From: an uncultured Spirochaetota bacterium
GTDB lineage: Bacteria > Spirochaetota > UBA4802 > UBA5550
DNA length: 64,000 nucleotides
Assembly: GCA_963827275.1 (NCBI GenBank)
Contig: CAWHAA010000006.1
Location: 160,001-224,000 of the forward strand
Direction: 5' to 3'
Part shown: in pieces, positions 40,512 through 50,135 of the stretch
How the letters are laid out: the number at the start of each line of letters is the position of its first letter
Numbering within the stretch: position 1 is the first letter of the stretch
Program-made: the position numbers and the translations under genes
The notes under the pieces: generated by a model
Database searches by the model: none
What the model was told of the DNA's origin: nothing
Seen by the model: the letters and a program-made list of their open reading frames with translations, nothing else

Positions 40512-40979
40512 ATGAAAGAGAAAGACGTCAGGGTCGATTACCGCGAGCACCAGCTCATCCTCTACGCCGAAAAGAAGGACGGATCGTACGGGCCGGTGCG
40601 CACGGGCTCTTATATCACAAAAAACTACATCGATGACTTCTGGCTGAAGCGCCGCAATCTTGAGCGCGAATATCTTGAAAAGGTCCGCGCCGGGGAGATA
40701 AGCCCCATCGCCTGCTACATGGTACTTGAGGAACTGACCCCCACCGAGCTTGCGTCACGGGTGAAGATCCCGGCGCGAAAGGTCAAGCGGCACATGACGC
40801 CCGGGCATTTCGGCGAGGCAACGGTTGATGAGCTGCGGCGCTACTGCGAAGTGTTCAACGTGCCGCTGGTCTCCATGTTCCAGGCGATCGTCGCCGGTAA
40901 AAAAAGCTTGAAAATTCACGAGATCAAAACGGAAAATCCATACTTCAGCATACTCGGTATTGATACGGTGAAAAAATGA
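40512..40979 (+). CDS. conserved hypothetical protein with a degenerate HTH, partner of the BtrH-like gene
   Basis: ISPIACYM..ELASRVKI..VKRHM; ATGA overlap with the next gene. Confidence 0.65.
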   Translation: MKEKDVRVDYREHQLILYAEKKDGSYGPVRTGSYITKNYIDDFWLKRRNLEREYLEKVRAGEISPIACYMVLEELTPTELASRVKIPARKVKRHMTPGHFGEATVDELRRYCEVFNVPLVSMFQAIVAGKKSLKIHEIKTENPYFSILGIDTVKK

Positions 40980-41980
40980 CGTTCAAGCACACAATGGCCG
41001 CCCACTGCGAGTCGGGCACGGTTTCAGCGATCCTGCGGCACAGCGGCCTTGATATTTCCGAGCCGCTCGTGTTCGGCATGGCGGGCGGCATCTTCTTCGG
41101 CTATTTTGAATCGAGGAAATTTCCCTTTCCGACCTTTGTCGTAAGGAACCGGCCGGGGCAGATACGGACCGGCATCGCCCGGCGCATCGGCGTAACGTTC
41201 AGGGAACGGCGGTTTCGCGACCCGGCGGCGGGTGAGCGGGCGCTGGACGAGCTCCTGGCCCAGGAGATCCCCGTCGCATGCCAGACGGATTTTTTTTACA
41301 TGGACTACCTCCCGGGGCATGTGCGCGTCCATATCAACGTACACTTCATAATCGTCGTGGAGAAGAAGGACGGCCTCTACCGGGTGAGCGATTGCTATTC
41401 GCCCGTCGTTGCGGACCTCGGCCGGGATTCATTGATGAAGGCGCGCTTCGCGGGAGGAAGTTTTGCGCCGAAGGGATTTTTGTTTTACCCGGTCTCCGTA
41501 CCCGGCAGCATCGATTACCGGGGGGCCATCTGGAAGGGGATCAGAAGCGCGGCGTTCAACATGGTGAAGCTCCCCATGCCGTTCCTGGGCGTAAGGGGGA
41601 TACGCCTTTTCGCGAAAAAGGTCGTTGACTGGCCGGAGCTTGCGCGCGATACCGAGCACCTGTCCCACGAGATCATGAAGATAAACATTTTTCTCGAGGA
41701 CCAGGGCACGGGCGGGGCGGGGTTCAGGTTCATGTACGCCGCTTTTTTGCGGGAGGCGTCGGAGCTGCTTAACGACCCGGACCTCCTCGACATGTCCAGG
41801 CGCATCATGGAGATCGGCGACCGGTGGCGGGAGATTTCCCTCTTCGCGGCGCGCATCGGAAAGCGGCGCGACCTGGGGCGCGAGCGGCTCGAGGAATTGA
41901 GCTCGATGATATACGCCCGCGCTGACGCGGAGGAGCGTTTCTTCCGGGACCTCCTTGCGATGAGCAAGAAAAAGAAATAA
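40976..41980 (+). CDS. BtrH N-terminal/DUF4872 papain-like protein
   Basis: F.H..AAHCESG Cys motif, SEPLVFG, HINVH, GTGGAGFRFMYAAFL. Confidence 0.85.
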   Translation: MTFKHTMAAHCESGTVSAILRHSGLDISEPLVFGMAGGIFFGYFESRKFPFPTFVVRNRPGQIRTGIARRIGVTFRERRFRDPAAGERALDELLAQEIPVACQTDFFYMDYLPGHVRVHINVHFIIVVEKKDGLYRVSDCYSPVVADLGRDSLMKARFAGGSFAPKGFLFYPVSVPGSIDYRGAIWKGIRSAAFNMVKLPMPFLGVRGIRLFAKKVVDWPELARDTEHLSHEIMKINIFLEDQGTGGAGFRFMYAAFLREASELLNDPDLLDMSRRIMEIGDRWREISLFAARIGKRRDLGRERLEELSSMIYARADAEERFFRDLLAMSKKKK

Positions 41981-41995
41981 TGCGGTGGTGGTAAA

Positions 41996-42275
41996 ATGAC
42001 GGCAAACATATCAGCTGATTTAAAGAAAGAGATCAAGTCCCTGATCATACAGGCGCTCAATATCGATGACGTGGGACCCGGAAGAGGTGGGCGACGATGA
42101 CCCGCTGTTCGGCGACGGGAACGTCCTCGGGCTTGATTCCATCGACGCCCTCGAGATCGTGATGGCGCTGCAGGAGAAATACGGGGTACGCATCGATGAT
42201 AAAAACCAGGCGCGGTTTATCCTGAAATCCATAGCCACCATCGCCGAGTATGTCGCCATGCATCGGACCAGGTAG
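41996..42275 (+). CDS. acyl carrier protein (aryl-polyene/flexirubin type), frameshifted at GGG 42073-42075
   Basis: MTANISADLKKEIKSLIIQALNIDDV joined to DPEEVGDDDPLFG..LGLDSIDALEI; removing one G fuses the frames. Confidence 0.88.
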
Positions 42276-42292
42276 CGCGCCCGGCGCAGGTT

Positions 42293-43663
42293 TCACGCCC
42301 CGGTATAAAACTCATCTTTTGAGATATCAACGGCCCCCCGGAGCTTTGACTGGAGCACCATGGCGAAGATGGCCCTGTGTATGCGTTCGTCCGGGAATTT
42401 CGGCAGGTAAAACATTGTCCGCCTGATAATCTCCCGCGTGGAATATCCCCTGTCTCCCACTCTCTTCAGCGCGTCAAAGATATCGGCGTCACGGATCGTC
42501 GGGTGGATGAAATTTACCAGTTTGCTGTCATCGAGCTTTCCCTCTTTTATGAGCCGCTCATAGAGCCTGGTGCCCGGGAGCGCCTTGACGGGAAATATGG
42601 CCGGGATGATGTTTGTCTCGCGGCAGAACTCAAGGGTGCGGTAATAGGTGTCGATGTCATCATCTTCGTAGCCGATGACAAACCAGCCTGATACGATGAT
42701 ACCCTGGTCCTGGATAAACCGGATATTGTCGCGCATGGCTGCTATAACGTCTTTTCCGGGTTGTGCGCCCATTTTCTTAATAGCGCCAGACCCTGCCAGC
42801 GTTTTAGGGTTAATCGATTCCATGCCGATCGCAGCGTAGATGAGCCCCGCTTCCGCCGCCTTTTTTATAACGGTCCGTCCTTTCTCGTCGGCGGCCGCGT
42901 CAAGATTGGCCTGGCCGGTCCAGAATCGCCTTTTTTTCAACCGTGATACCGCGTCATACAGTTCGATATAATAATCGTAGGTTGGCGGCTTTCCGAACAC
43001 CGAGTCATCAAGCAGGTAGTAATAATTTCTGAACGAGTCAATCTCGGCCGTCACCTCACTGACGGGCCGTGTACGGAAGCGCGGGCCGAAGATTTCCGTC
43101 ACGGTGCAGAAGTCGCAGTTGACCGGGCACCCGCGCACGGCATAGACGGTATCGAAGACATATTTGTTCCGGTATAGCGATCTGTCCGGGCGGCCGGTAT
43201 GCTGCAGGCCGGGATAGGCGTCATTTTTATAGAGGGTGCGCCCGCGCGGATCAAACGGCTTCGGCGAGCAGACGTAGAAGCTTTTCAAGGCGCCCTGTTC
43301 CGCGTCGCGCACGATGACCGGCCACAGCTCCTCCGCCTCGCCGACCGCGACCGCGTCCGCATGCCGGATGGCGCGGAAGGGGACTACCGACGGCTGCGGG
43401 CCGCCCATCACGACCGGAACGCCGCGGCGGCGGAATTCATCGGCTATCTCGTAGGCGCGGTTTTCAGCGGTATAGCGCGCGCTGATGCCGACCAGGTCTG
43501 CCGGCTCATCGTAGCGCACGTCGTCCTCCCGGAGGAGGTCAATGAAGACATAGTCATGCCCGGGGGCGCAGCCGGCGAGTATGGGAAGCGACAGCGGCAT
43601 GAATGGATCATTGCGGCGGAGCGGGTCCGTCATTGAGGCGGCGAGTATGAGCTTTATTTTCAT
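42293..43663 (-). CDS. cobalamin-binding radical SAM enzyme
   Basis: PLSLPILA, GGPQPS, GEAE, RGCPVNCDFC, GMES, LPGT. Confidence 0.92.
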   Translation of the reverse strand: MKIKLILAASMTDPLRRNDPFMPLSLPILAGCAPGHDYVFIDLLREDDVRYDEPADLVGISARYTAENRAYEIADEFRRRGVPVVMGGPQPSVVPFRAIRHADAVAVGEAEELWPVIVRDAEQGALKSFYVCSPKPFDPRGRTLYKNDAYPGLQHTGRPDRSLYRNKYVFDTVYAVRGCPVNCDFCTVTEIFGPRFRTRPVSEVTAEIDSFRNYYYLLDDSVFGKPPTYDYYIELYDAVSRLKKRRFWTGQANLDAAADEKGRTVIKKAAEAGLIYAAIGMESINPKTLAGSGAIKKMGAQPGKDVIAAMRDNIRFIQDQGIIVSGWFVIGYEDDDIDTYYRTLEFCRETNIIPAIFPVKALPGTRLYERLIKEGKLDDSKLVNFIHPTIRDADIFDALKRVGDRGYSTREIIRRTMFYLPKFPDERIHRAIFAMVLQSKLRGAVDISKDEFYTGA

Positions 43664-43736
43664 CTGCACAGTATCGGCGGTATGCCGATTTTACGCAATT
43701 ACATTATTATGGACGCATGTGCCCGCGGCACGATAG

Positions 43737-44780
43737 TCACGGTCTGGTCGCGGCCATGAGCCCGAGCCCCGGCGAACGGCTGAGGTTGTATCCGTGCGGC
43801 CCGGAGAAGCCGGTTTCCCGGAGAAGGTCAGATACCTCGGCGGCGCTGTATATCCTCCCCTCCGTGGAATTAAAAATTTCGAGCAGGATCAGGAGGGCGT
43901 TCAGGCGCATGAACCGGGAAGCGGACCTCCTGCCGATATGGTCCATGATGATGATCATGCCGCCGCGCTTCAGCGAATCGCGCACTTTCATGAGGACTGA
44001 TCCCAGGACGCCGGGTTCGAAAATACGGATGATATTGAACATGAGTATGACGTCCTGTTCGGGCGGCAGGTCGTCTTTTAAAAAGTCCCCCGGTTGAAAC
44101 GAAATACGCTCCGCACAACCGGACGATGCGATGGTCTGCTTCGCGGTATCGGCTGCGGAGGGCCAGTCGTATATCACGCCGGTCAGGCCGGGGTAACGCT
44201 TGCAGAATTCAACGCAATACTGCCCGTGGCTTCCGCCGAGGTCCAGGATGCGCGTGGCCGATGGCGGGACCGCTATCTTTTTCAGGATGTATGGGGATAT
44301 CAGGACCGCGGTGCTTTTCAGCCCGGCATGATAAATCTCCCATCGCGTGCGGTCCCGGTCGAGCCATTCCCAGCCCATCATGGGCGGCCGGCCCTCCCTG
44401 ATTGATCGGTCAAGATATTCCCACCGGGACGCCATGTCGCTGAAGTGGTCAAACAGGGGGGAGATGCAGGACGCTGAATCGCGCAGGAGCCATTTTCTGG
44501 TCATCGCGGTATTGCGCACCGACCCGCGCCGTAAACGGAGATAGCCGAGGTCGTGAAGCGTTGCGGCAAGGAGCGACAAGCCGCCGCGGTCCGAACCGGT
44601 AGCGGCGGCAAGCTCATCAATGGATTTTGTGCCGCTGCCGATGGCGTCAAAAAGGCCAAGGCGCAGAGCGGCCATTACCGACCTGAATGAAAGGACGCCG
44701 AGCAGGTCTACCATGGGGCCCGGGCCCATGTTAAGCCGGAAGAGGCCGATACGTTCGAACAGGCTAAGCTGAGCAGGCAC
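43737..44780 (-). CDS. class I SAM-dependent O-methyltransferase with a dimerisation domain
   Basis: AALRLGLFDAI winged-helix region, ILDLGGSHG, GDFL. Confidence 0.9.
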   Translation of the reverse strand: MPAQLSLFERIGLFRLNMGPGPMVDLLGVLSFRSVMAALRLGLFDAIGSGTKSIDELAAATGSDRGGLSLLAATLHDLGYLRLRRGSVRNTAMTRKWLLRDSASCISPLFDHFSDMASRWEYLDRSIREGRPPMMGWEWLDRDRTRWEIYHAGLKSTAVLISPYILKKIAVPPSATRILDLGGSHGQYCVEFCKRYPGLTGVIYDWPSAADTAKQTIASSGCAERISFQPGDFLKDDLPPEQDVILMFNIIRIFEPGVLGSVLMKVRDSLKRGGMIIIMDHIGRRSASRFMRLNALLILLEIFNSTEGRIYSAAEVSDLLRETGFSGPHGYNLSRSPGLGLMAATRP

Positions 44781-44853
44781 ACGATCCTCCTTGACGCGGG
44801 TCTGTCATGGCACGTCCGGGTGCTTCCATGTGCCCACGTGCCCCGCGGCGGGC

Positions 44854-45702
44854 TCAATCGAAGCTATAGTATACATGCTGCTGCGCGAGCCCCGCGAACC
44901 CGTACCCGATTGATTTTTTCTCAAACTGCTCCCAGTTGTCGCCGTAGTGGGTGAGGTAGATCCTTTTCTTGATGTCTGCCGGGAGCGCGTTCAGCTCATC
45001 TATGCCGGCATGCACGCCGCCGGTGAAGAACTGGCAGTCATGGAACAGCGCCTCGAATTTGAACTCTTTGTCATACACGGTGACGAGGTCCTCGTCGTAG
45101 CGAGTATCGCTGGTGAAGAGCACGCGGTCGTCAATGATGACCCCGCAGCTCCAGAAGGAGCTCTGCCAGTCGGGGGATGAGTCCGGGATATGCTTGGTCC
45201 GCAGCATTTTGATATCTATCGCGCCGAGTTTCGCATGGAGCGTTTCCCGCCTGTATTGGGGAAGCCGTTGCGGGCGCAGCGCCTCGAAATAATCTTCAAA
45301 GGTGAGAAGGGAATGGGCGGTTTTTTCGTTGTGGCCGCACCCGCCCCTGAGGGACATCTCCCACAGGAAATGCTGGTATGTCTCGTTGATGATCATGAGC
45401 GGCTTCCGCTTCGAGAAGTAACGCCCCATGATCGCGACCTCTTCAAGGCCGCCGACGTGGTCGGAGTGGGAATGGGTTATGAGGAGGTTGCGGATGTCCG
45501 TGACGCCGATGCCGAGCTCCGACAGGGCCTGCGGGCACCTGGTCCCGCAATCGATGAGAAGATGGTCATCCCCCTTGATGACCAGGAGGTTGGTCTGGTA
45601 GTGCTTCCTGGTAAAGGCGCTCCCGATGCCGATGAAAAAAAGCTCGAGCTTCCCGGTATTCGAAAGGGAGACTTTCTTTTTTTTCAGTGGTTTGATCTTC
45701 AT
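44854..45702 (-). CDS. MBL-fold metallohydrolase (RNase Z/phosphodiesterase-like)
   Basis: GIGSAF, LIDCG, THSHSDH, FTSDT, FHDC, THYGD. Confidence 0.85.
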   Translation of the reverse strand: MKIKPLKKKKVSLSNTGKLELFFIGIGSAFTRKHYQTNLLVIKGDDHLLIDCGTRCPQALSELGIGVTDIRNLLITHSHSDHVGGLEEVAIMGRYFSKRKPLMIINETYQHFLWEMSLRGGCGHNEKTAHSLLTFEDYFEALRPQRLPQYRRETLHAKLGAIDIKMLRTKHIPDSSPDWQSSFWSCGVIIDDRVLFTSDTRYDEDLVTVYDKEFKFEALFHDCQFFTGGVHAGIDELNALPADIKKRIYLTHYGDNWEQFEKKSIGYGFAGLAQQHVYYSFD

Positions 45703-45914
45703 GACTGGCTCCGGTGCATGGGTGTGGATAACGTGTTATGTGAACCTATCGCCATGAGTATAAAAAGTCAAGTTTAATAGTAAAATATTTCATAATCGCG
45801 GCTGGCAGATGGTTCTGTTCGTGCACGCCGCGTCCCCGAGCGGGAACCGCATGCGGCCTATTGTCATTGACAGCGGGAGGTAAATATAAAATAGTGCGCC
45901 ATCATGCGGACAGG

Positions 45915-46484
45915 ATGGTGCTGATGGCAGGTTACAGGTCGGGGAATATCTGGGATTCATTCAAGGCCGTGCTCTTTATCGTCATTATTCTCTGGATGAT
46001 ACTCGCCATAGGGTTCGTGTTTCCGCTCGATGAGTACGGCATCAAGCCGCGTGATATCAACGGCCTTGCCGGCATACTGTTCGCTCCGTTCATCCACGCA
46101 GGATACAATCACCTGATAACCAACTCGGTCAGCCTTCTCGTCCTGGGCTCGATATTCCTCGTCATGGAACGCAAGCTTTCACTGGCCATCGTTTGTTATA
46201 TCATACTGTTGTCGGGTCTCGGCACGTGGCTTATCGGGCGGCCGGAATATACCCATATCGGCGCAAGCGGGGTCGTGTACGGCATACTGGGATACCTTCT
46301 GACTACCGGAATCTTCAAAAGAAATATCAAGGCGATACTTGTTTCATTGATCGTGTTCTTCTTTTACGGCGGGGCAATCTGGGGCATCTTTCCGACCGAC
46401 AGCTTCGTATCGTGGGAAAGTCACCTGTGCGGGTTCCTGTCAGGCATCGCGGTCGCCAAAATGTACGCGGAGCGGTACCGGTAA
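45915..46484 (+). CDS. rhomboid family intramembrane serine protease
   Basis: PFIH...HL..N, IGASG, SWESHLCG. Confidence 0.9.
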   Translation: MVLMAGYRSGNIWDSFKAVLFIVIILWMILAIGFVFPLDEYGIKPRDINGLAGILFAPFIHAGYNHLITNSVSLLVLGSIFLVMERKLSLAIVCYIILLSGLGTWLIGRPEYTHIGASGVVYGILGYLLTTGIFKRNIKAILVSLIVFFFYGGAIWGIFPTDSFVSWESHLCGFLSGIAVAKMYAERYR

Positions 46485-46496
46485 CCGCTGTTCGCC

Positions 46497-47357
46497 TCAC
46501 TCGGGACCGGTCACGGGCCTCGCGGGGGAGAGGACCGTAACGTGGTAACACCGCTGGCGCGTTTCAAGAATCGCGTAGAGGACCCCTTCATCCTGGAGCT
46601 GCGCCAGGGTCTCGGTCAGCACCGAGCGCAACTGGCCCCTGAGTGAGTCGCCGAGCATGAATCCGATCCTCTTCCTGAGCTTTTCATTGATCACACGCGA
46701 GATCGGGTTCGATGACGCCGGAGCGGGAAGAACGACAAAATAATCATCATAGAAGATATCGAAGCTGACCCCGTAGCTGTGGGTGGTGACCGGCACGGCA
46801 TTATAGTTTGTTCCGCGCAGGCCGGTCTGGTACGATGCGGGTCTCAGCGCCGATGACACGGCGATTTTCACGCGGGGAAGCGCGGCACGCGCGGCAATGG
46901 TTGACTGCAGCCGCCGTGCGAGCGTCTCAAGCCCGCGGGCCGCGTCCGGAGTCAGGGCGCGGTACGGCTCCCTGACATTATAAAAGAAATACGGTGCGTC
47001 CTTGCCCGATGAGAGCCTGACAAGGCTCCCCTCGTCGATCCGCTGCGATATCTCCTCGTCGCGATCGACCGGCCTGGAACCGGAACCGAGCGCGGCCGCC
47101 ATATGCGCGGGGAAGAGCCTCGTCCTCAGCTTCATCTCGACCTGGGGCGTTGCGAAGTCCTCATAACGGGGGATATGCTCTATATACCCCCGTTCCACGC
47201 TGTTCGCCACATCGAGAAAGGCGGTGACATCGCGAACGGTAGCGTACAAGAGATAGCGGTAGGTCAGGTATATTGATGCAATAGATGAAACGGCAAGCAG
47301 GATGACCGCCGCTACTATAATTCCCCTTGCATTCAATGGCTGTGATGATTTCATCAT
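46497..47357 (-). CDS. DUF5715-like membrane-anchored protein, possibly a peptidase fold
   Basis: SSALR..Q..L..N.NA...THSYGVSFDI and CYHVTV; GGAGG RBS. Confidence 0.65.
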   Translation of the reverse strand: MMKSSQPLNARGIIVAAVILLAVSSIASIYLTYRYLLYATVRDVTAFLDVANSVERGYIEHIPRYEDFATPQVEMKLRTRLFPAHMAAALGSGSRPVDRDEEISQRIDEGSLVRLSSGKDAPYFFYNVREPYRALTPDAARGLETLARRLQSTIAARAALPRVKIAVSSALRPASYQTGLRGTNYNAVPVTTHSYGVSFDIFYDDYFVVLPAPASSNPISRVINEKLRKRIGFMLGDSLRGQLRSVLTETLAQLQDEGVLYAILETRQRCYHVTVLSPARPVTGPE

Positions 47358-47521
47358 TATGCCTCCGGAGATTTGCGGATACCCCGGGCAGGGTCGTGAT
47401 GTCAATCGATAATTTTTTTCGATGCTTCATTGATGCCTTGAAATATTAATAAAATTTAAGTATATTAATATATTCTTAAAATTTTATTATATAAACAATA
47501 GTGATCATATACGGTAGTGCA

Positions 47522-47731
47522 ATGGCATTTATCACGATACAAGGCTTTGAAGCAAAAATTTTCATCCCGGACGAGAAGGCCGATGCAGTAAAAAAACATA
47601 ATTGCAAAGACTGCTTTTCATGCCAGATGTGCGACGACGAACGGTGCGCATTATGCCTGAAAAGATCCCGGTGCGTCGGCGGTGAAAGCTGCATTCAAAA
47701 AACCGTACCGGATAAGAATAAATCTTCATGA
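47522..47731 (+). CDS. small Cys-rich hypothetical protein
   Basis: KKHNCKDCFSCQMCDDERCALC pattern. Confidence 0.6.
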   Translation: MAFITIQGFEAKIFIPDEKADAVKKHNCKDCFSCQMCDDERCALCLKRSRCVGGESCIQKTVPDKNKSS

Positions 47732-47808
47732 TATCGCGCGATGTATCGATATATTAGACGAGACGTACCGGTGTTTTATTGACGTAACACGATCCCGTTG
47801 GGGGCTAT

Positions 47809-48204
47809 ATGGCAAAGAGCATAGTGTATTTCCAGAATGGCGAGAAGATTATAGAAGCAGGAAAAGTTGAAACACGCATGTATATAATTCTTGAAGGAGA
47901 GGTGCAGATATCCCTGTCGGACAAGATTGATAAAATTATCGTTGCACAGCTGAAAAAGGGGGATTTTTTCGGCGAGATATCACTTTTCAACAAGATCCCG
48001 CGCAGCGCTACTGCCACGGCTGTCGGCAACGTCAAACTCGCGTTCATCGATAGCGTTGAGATGCTCCGGCTGTTTCTTATAAAAAACCCGGTATTTGCCG
48101 CAAAAATGGTCCATACCCTGGCCCAGAGACTCGCCAAGACGGATGAGATCCTGGTCGGCAAGATAAGCGAGCTGAACAGGATCAAGATAACCCGCGATAT
48201 TTGA
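47809..48204 (+). CDS. stand-alone cyclic nucleotide-binding protein
   Basis: MYIILEGEV, GDFFGEISL...PRSATA. Confidence 0.9.
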   Translation: MAKSIVYFQNGEKIIEAGKVETRMYIILEGEVQISLSDKIDKIIVAQLKKGDFFGEISLFNKIPRSATATAVGNVKLAFIDSVEMLRLFLIKNPVFAAKMVHTLAQRLAKTDEILVGKISELNRIKITRDI

Positions 48205-48323
48205 AAAATTGTATTATCAAGAAAACAATACATAATAAATAAAAAATTTGTAACCATGCAGGACGTGAGTACCCTCATCTATGAAGATCAGTAAAATTTC
48301 ATAAAACCCTCCACAAATTTTTT

Positions 48324-48363
48324 AAGACGAAAGGCCCTGTTTCTGGGGCCTTTCGTCTTTTTT
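48324..48363 (+). terminator. Rho-independent terminator
   Basis: AAGACGAAAGGCCC/GGGCCTTTCGTCTT stem followed by a T run. Confidence 0.88.
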
Positions 48364-48515
48364 ACGATGACTAATAGCACTGGCTTCCATCTCATGAGCC
48401 GGGGTTTTTCCATGGGAATCTGAAAAAATTCTTGATTTATTAACATGATCATATCAATTCTTTTTATATATGAACGCCGTACATAACTCTTGAATTACTA
48501 TCCAGCGAGGTTTTT

Positions 48516-48965
48516 ATGAGAATAGTATCAGCGGGAATAGTCATCATGCTGGCAGCGGTCTGCATGGTCGGGTGCAATAAAGGACTGAAGGACCTCAGGT
48601 ATTCAAATATAAGCACGTTCGACTGGCTCCAGGCAAATGTTACAAACAAAAACGGAGAGAACGTGCTCTGGTTCCAGGTATTTGACCAGGAAGGCGACGC
48701 TAAGACCATCGAAGGATATAAGAACGCAAAGGACCGGATCGCCGAGTATCCTGCAAAAATATATGATAATAAATGGATATGGATGATGGTGAACAACCGG
48801 ATCGAAATACGCCTTATTGCCGATGACAAGTCAAAGGAATTCCAGAGCAATGATAAGCTGAAAGAATTCATCCTCGCCTTTGACTGCGCCGGATTGGCGC
48901 GGGTAACGGGCCCGAAATTGAAGGGATCGGACCTTAAAAAATATATCCCGAAACTCGGGGAATGA
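48516..48965 (+). CDS. hypothetical lipoprotein
   Basis: GAGG RBS; signal peptide with MVGC lipobox. Confidence 0.75.
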   Translation: MRIVSAGIVIMLAAVCMVGCNKGLKDLRYSNISTFDWLQANVTNKNGENVLWFQVFDQEGDAKTIEGYKNAKDRIAEYPAKIYDNKWIWMMVNNRIEIRLIADDKSKEFQSNDKLKEFILAFDCAGLARVTGPKLKGSDLKKYIPKLGE

Positions 48966-49096
48966 CATCCTTGCTGAATAAATCGTTGGGTCCTGCATAA
49001 TAAACTTTCGGTCATGACCCGATAATAAATAAAAGCGGACGTGCGCTGCGTTCCCACTTGCATTCAGCTACGGTGGGGATAGTTTATTTCAGGGGA

Positions 49097-49807
49097 ATGA
49101 CCATGAAACCATACTTCATGCCGCTCCTGTTCACCCTTTCACTTGCCTGTGCCGCCTCACTGCTCAGCGCGACGCCGGAACATGCGAATATCCCCGGCGA
49201 AATGATCGTGTTCCCGGATGGATCGAACTACATCGGGCAGTTATTGAACGGGATGAAACACGGGCGCGGAAGGTTCATCAGTGCGGACGGATCCGAGTTC
49301 CAGGGTGAATTCATGAACGGCAAACCGCACGGAAACGGCGTCTTTACGCACGCAGATGGCAGGATGAAACGGGTCATTTTTTCAATGGGCAAGCTTATCG
49401 GCGCGGCACTGCTTCCGCACGAAGTGACCGGGGAAGGCTGCGCGTTCGGCGAGTTCGAAAATAACGGCAGCTATAAAGGGTGGTACAGAGGGAACCGGGT
49501 CAAGGGGTTCATCCCGCACGGCAGGGGGACCATGAGATATCTCAATGGCTCTGTATATACCGGCCAGTGGGAAAACGGCATCATGCATGGCAACGGGACC
49601 ATCGAGTGGAGCGAAGGATCGGTATATGTCGGCCAGTGGGTCATGGGGAAGAGGACCGGGTACGGGACCTATACATGGTCGAATGGCGACAGGTACGTGG
49701 GTCAGTGGAAAGAAAACCAGATATGCGGCAAAGGGACGTTGTATCACAGCGACGGCAGCATTGAAAAGGGTGAATGGAAGGAACGGACCATCAGGTTAGA
49801 GGAGTAG
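49097..49807 (+). CDS. secreted MORN-repeat protein
   Basis: Repeated Y.G.W..G..HG.G units. Confidence 0.9.
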   Translation: MTMKPYFMPLLFTLSLACAASLLSATPEHANIPGEMIVFPDGSNYIGQLLNGMKHGRGRFISADGSEFQGEFMNGKPHGNGVFTHADGRMKRVIFSMGKLIGAALLPHEVTGEGCAFGEFENNGSYKGWYRGNRVKGFIPHGRGTMRYLNGSVYTGQWENGIMHGNGTIEWSEGSVYVGQWVMGKRTGYGTYTWSNGDRYVGQWKENQICGKGTLYHSDGSIEKGEWKERTIRLEE

Positions 49808-49847
49808 TCCTGCCGGCAATCGAACGATTACCGGCACGTTCGTATCC

Positions 49848-50024
49848 TTACCCGCAGGTTATAATAGTTTTTACCACTTTTTCTACACTGTTCCCGAAAT
49901 CATTCCCGTGATACTTCCTGGTCTCTGACATCAAATCATCAAGGCTGACGCCAAGCTGGACCGCGGAGCAGACCATCTCTGAATAGTGCATTACGCTCAT
50001 GCCTGAAAAACGTTTGGGACTCAT
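49848..50024 (-). CDS. 58-aa hypothetical protein absent from the ORF track
   Basis: GAGGGGG RBS, ATG at 50024, MSPKRFSGMSVMHYSEMVCSAVQLGVSLDDLMSETRKYHGNDFGNSVEKVVKTIITCG, TAA. Confidence 0.5.
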   Translation of the reverse strand: MSPKRFSGMSVMHYSEMVCSAVQLGVSLDDLMSETRKYHGNDFGNSVEKVVKTIITCG

Positions 50025-50135
50025 GGATACCCCCTCTCTGTATATTTGTTTTTAATATCGGTACTATGCTCCGCCGGGATTGATTGAAATTCACCGAAAT
50101 TAAAAATAACCCGTTATAATATTAGCAAACATTTG

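Noticed and set aside
48270..48315. Minus-strand GGAGG followed by ATG AAA TTT TAC TGA as a selenopeptide
   Set aside because: A TAG follows after two more codons and no SECIS is evident; better explained as the complement of the CCUCC motif
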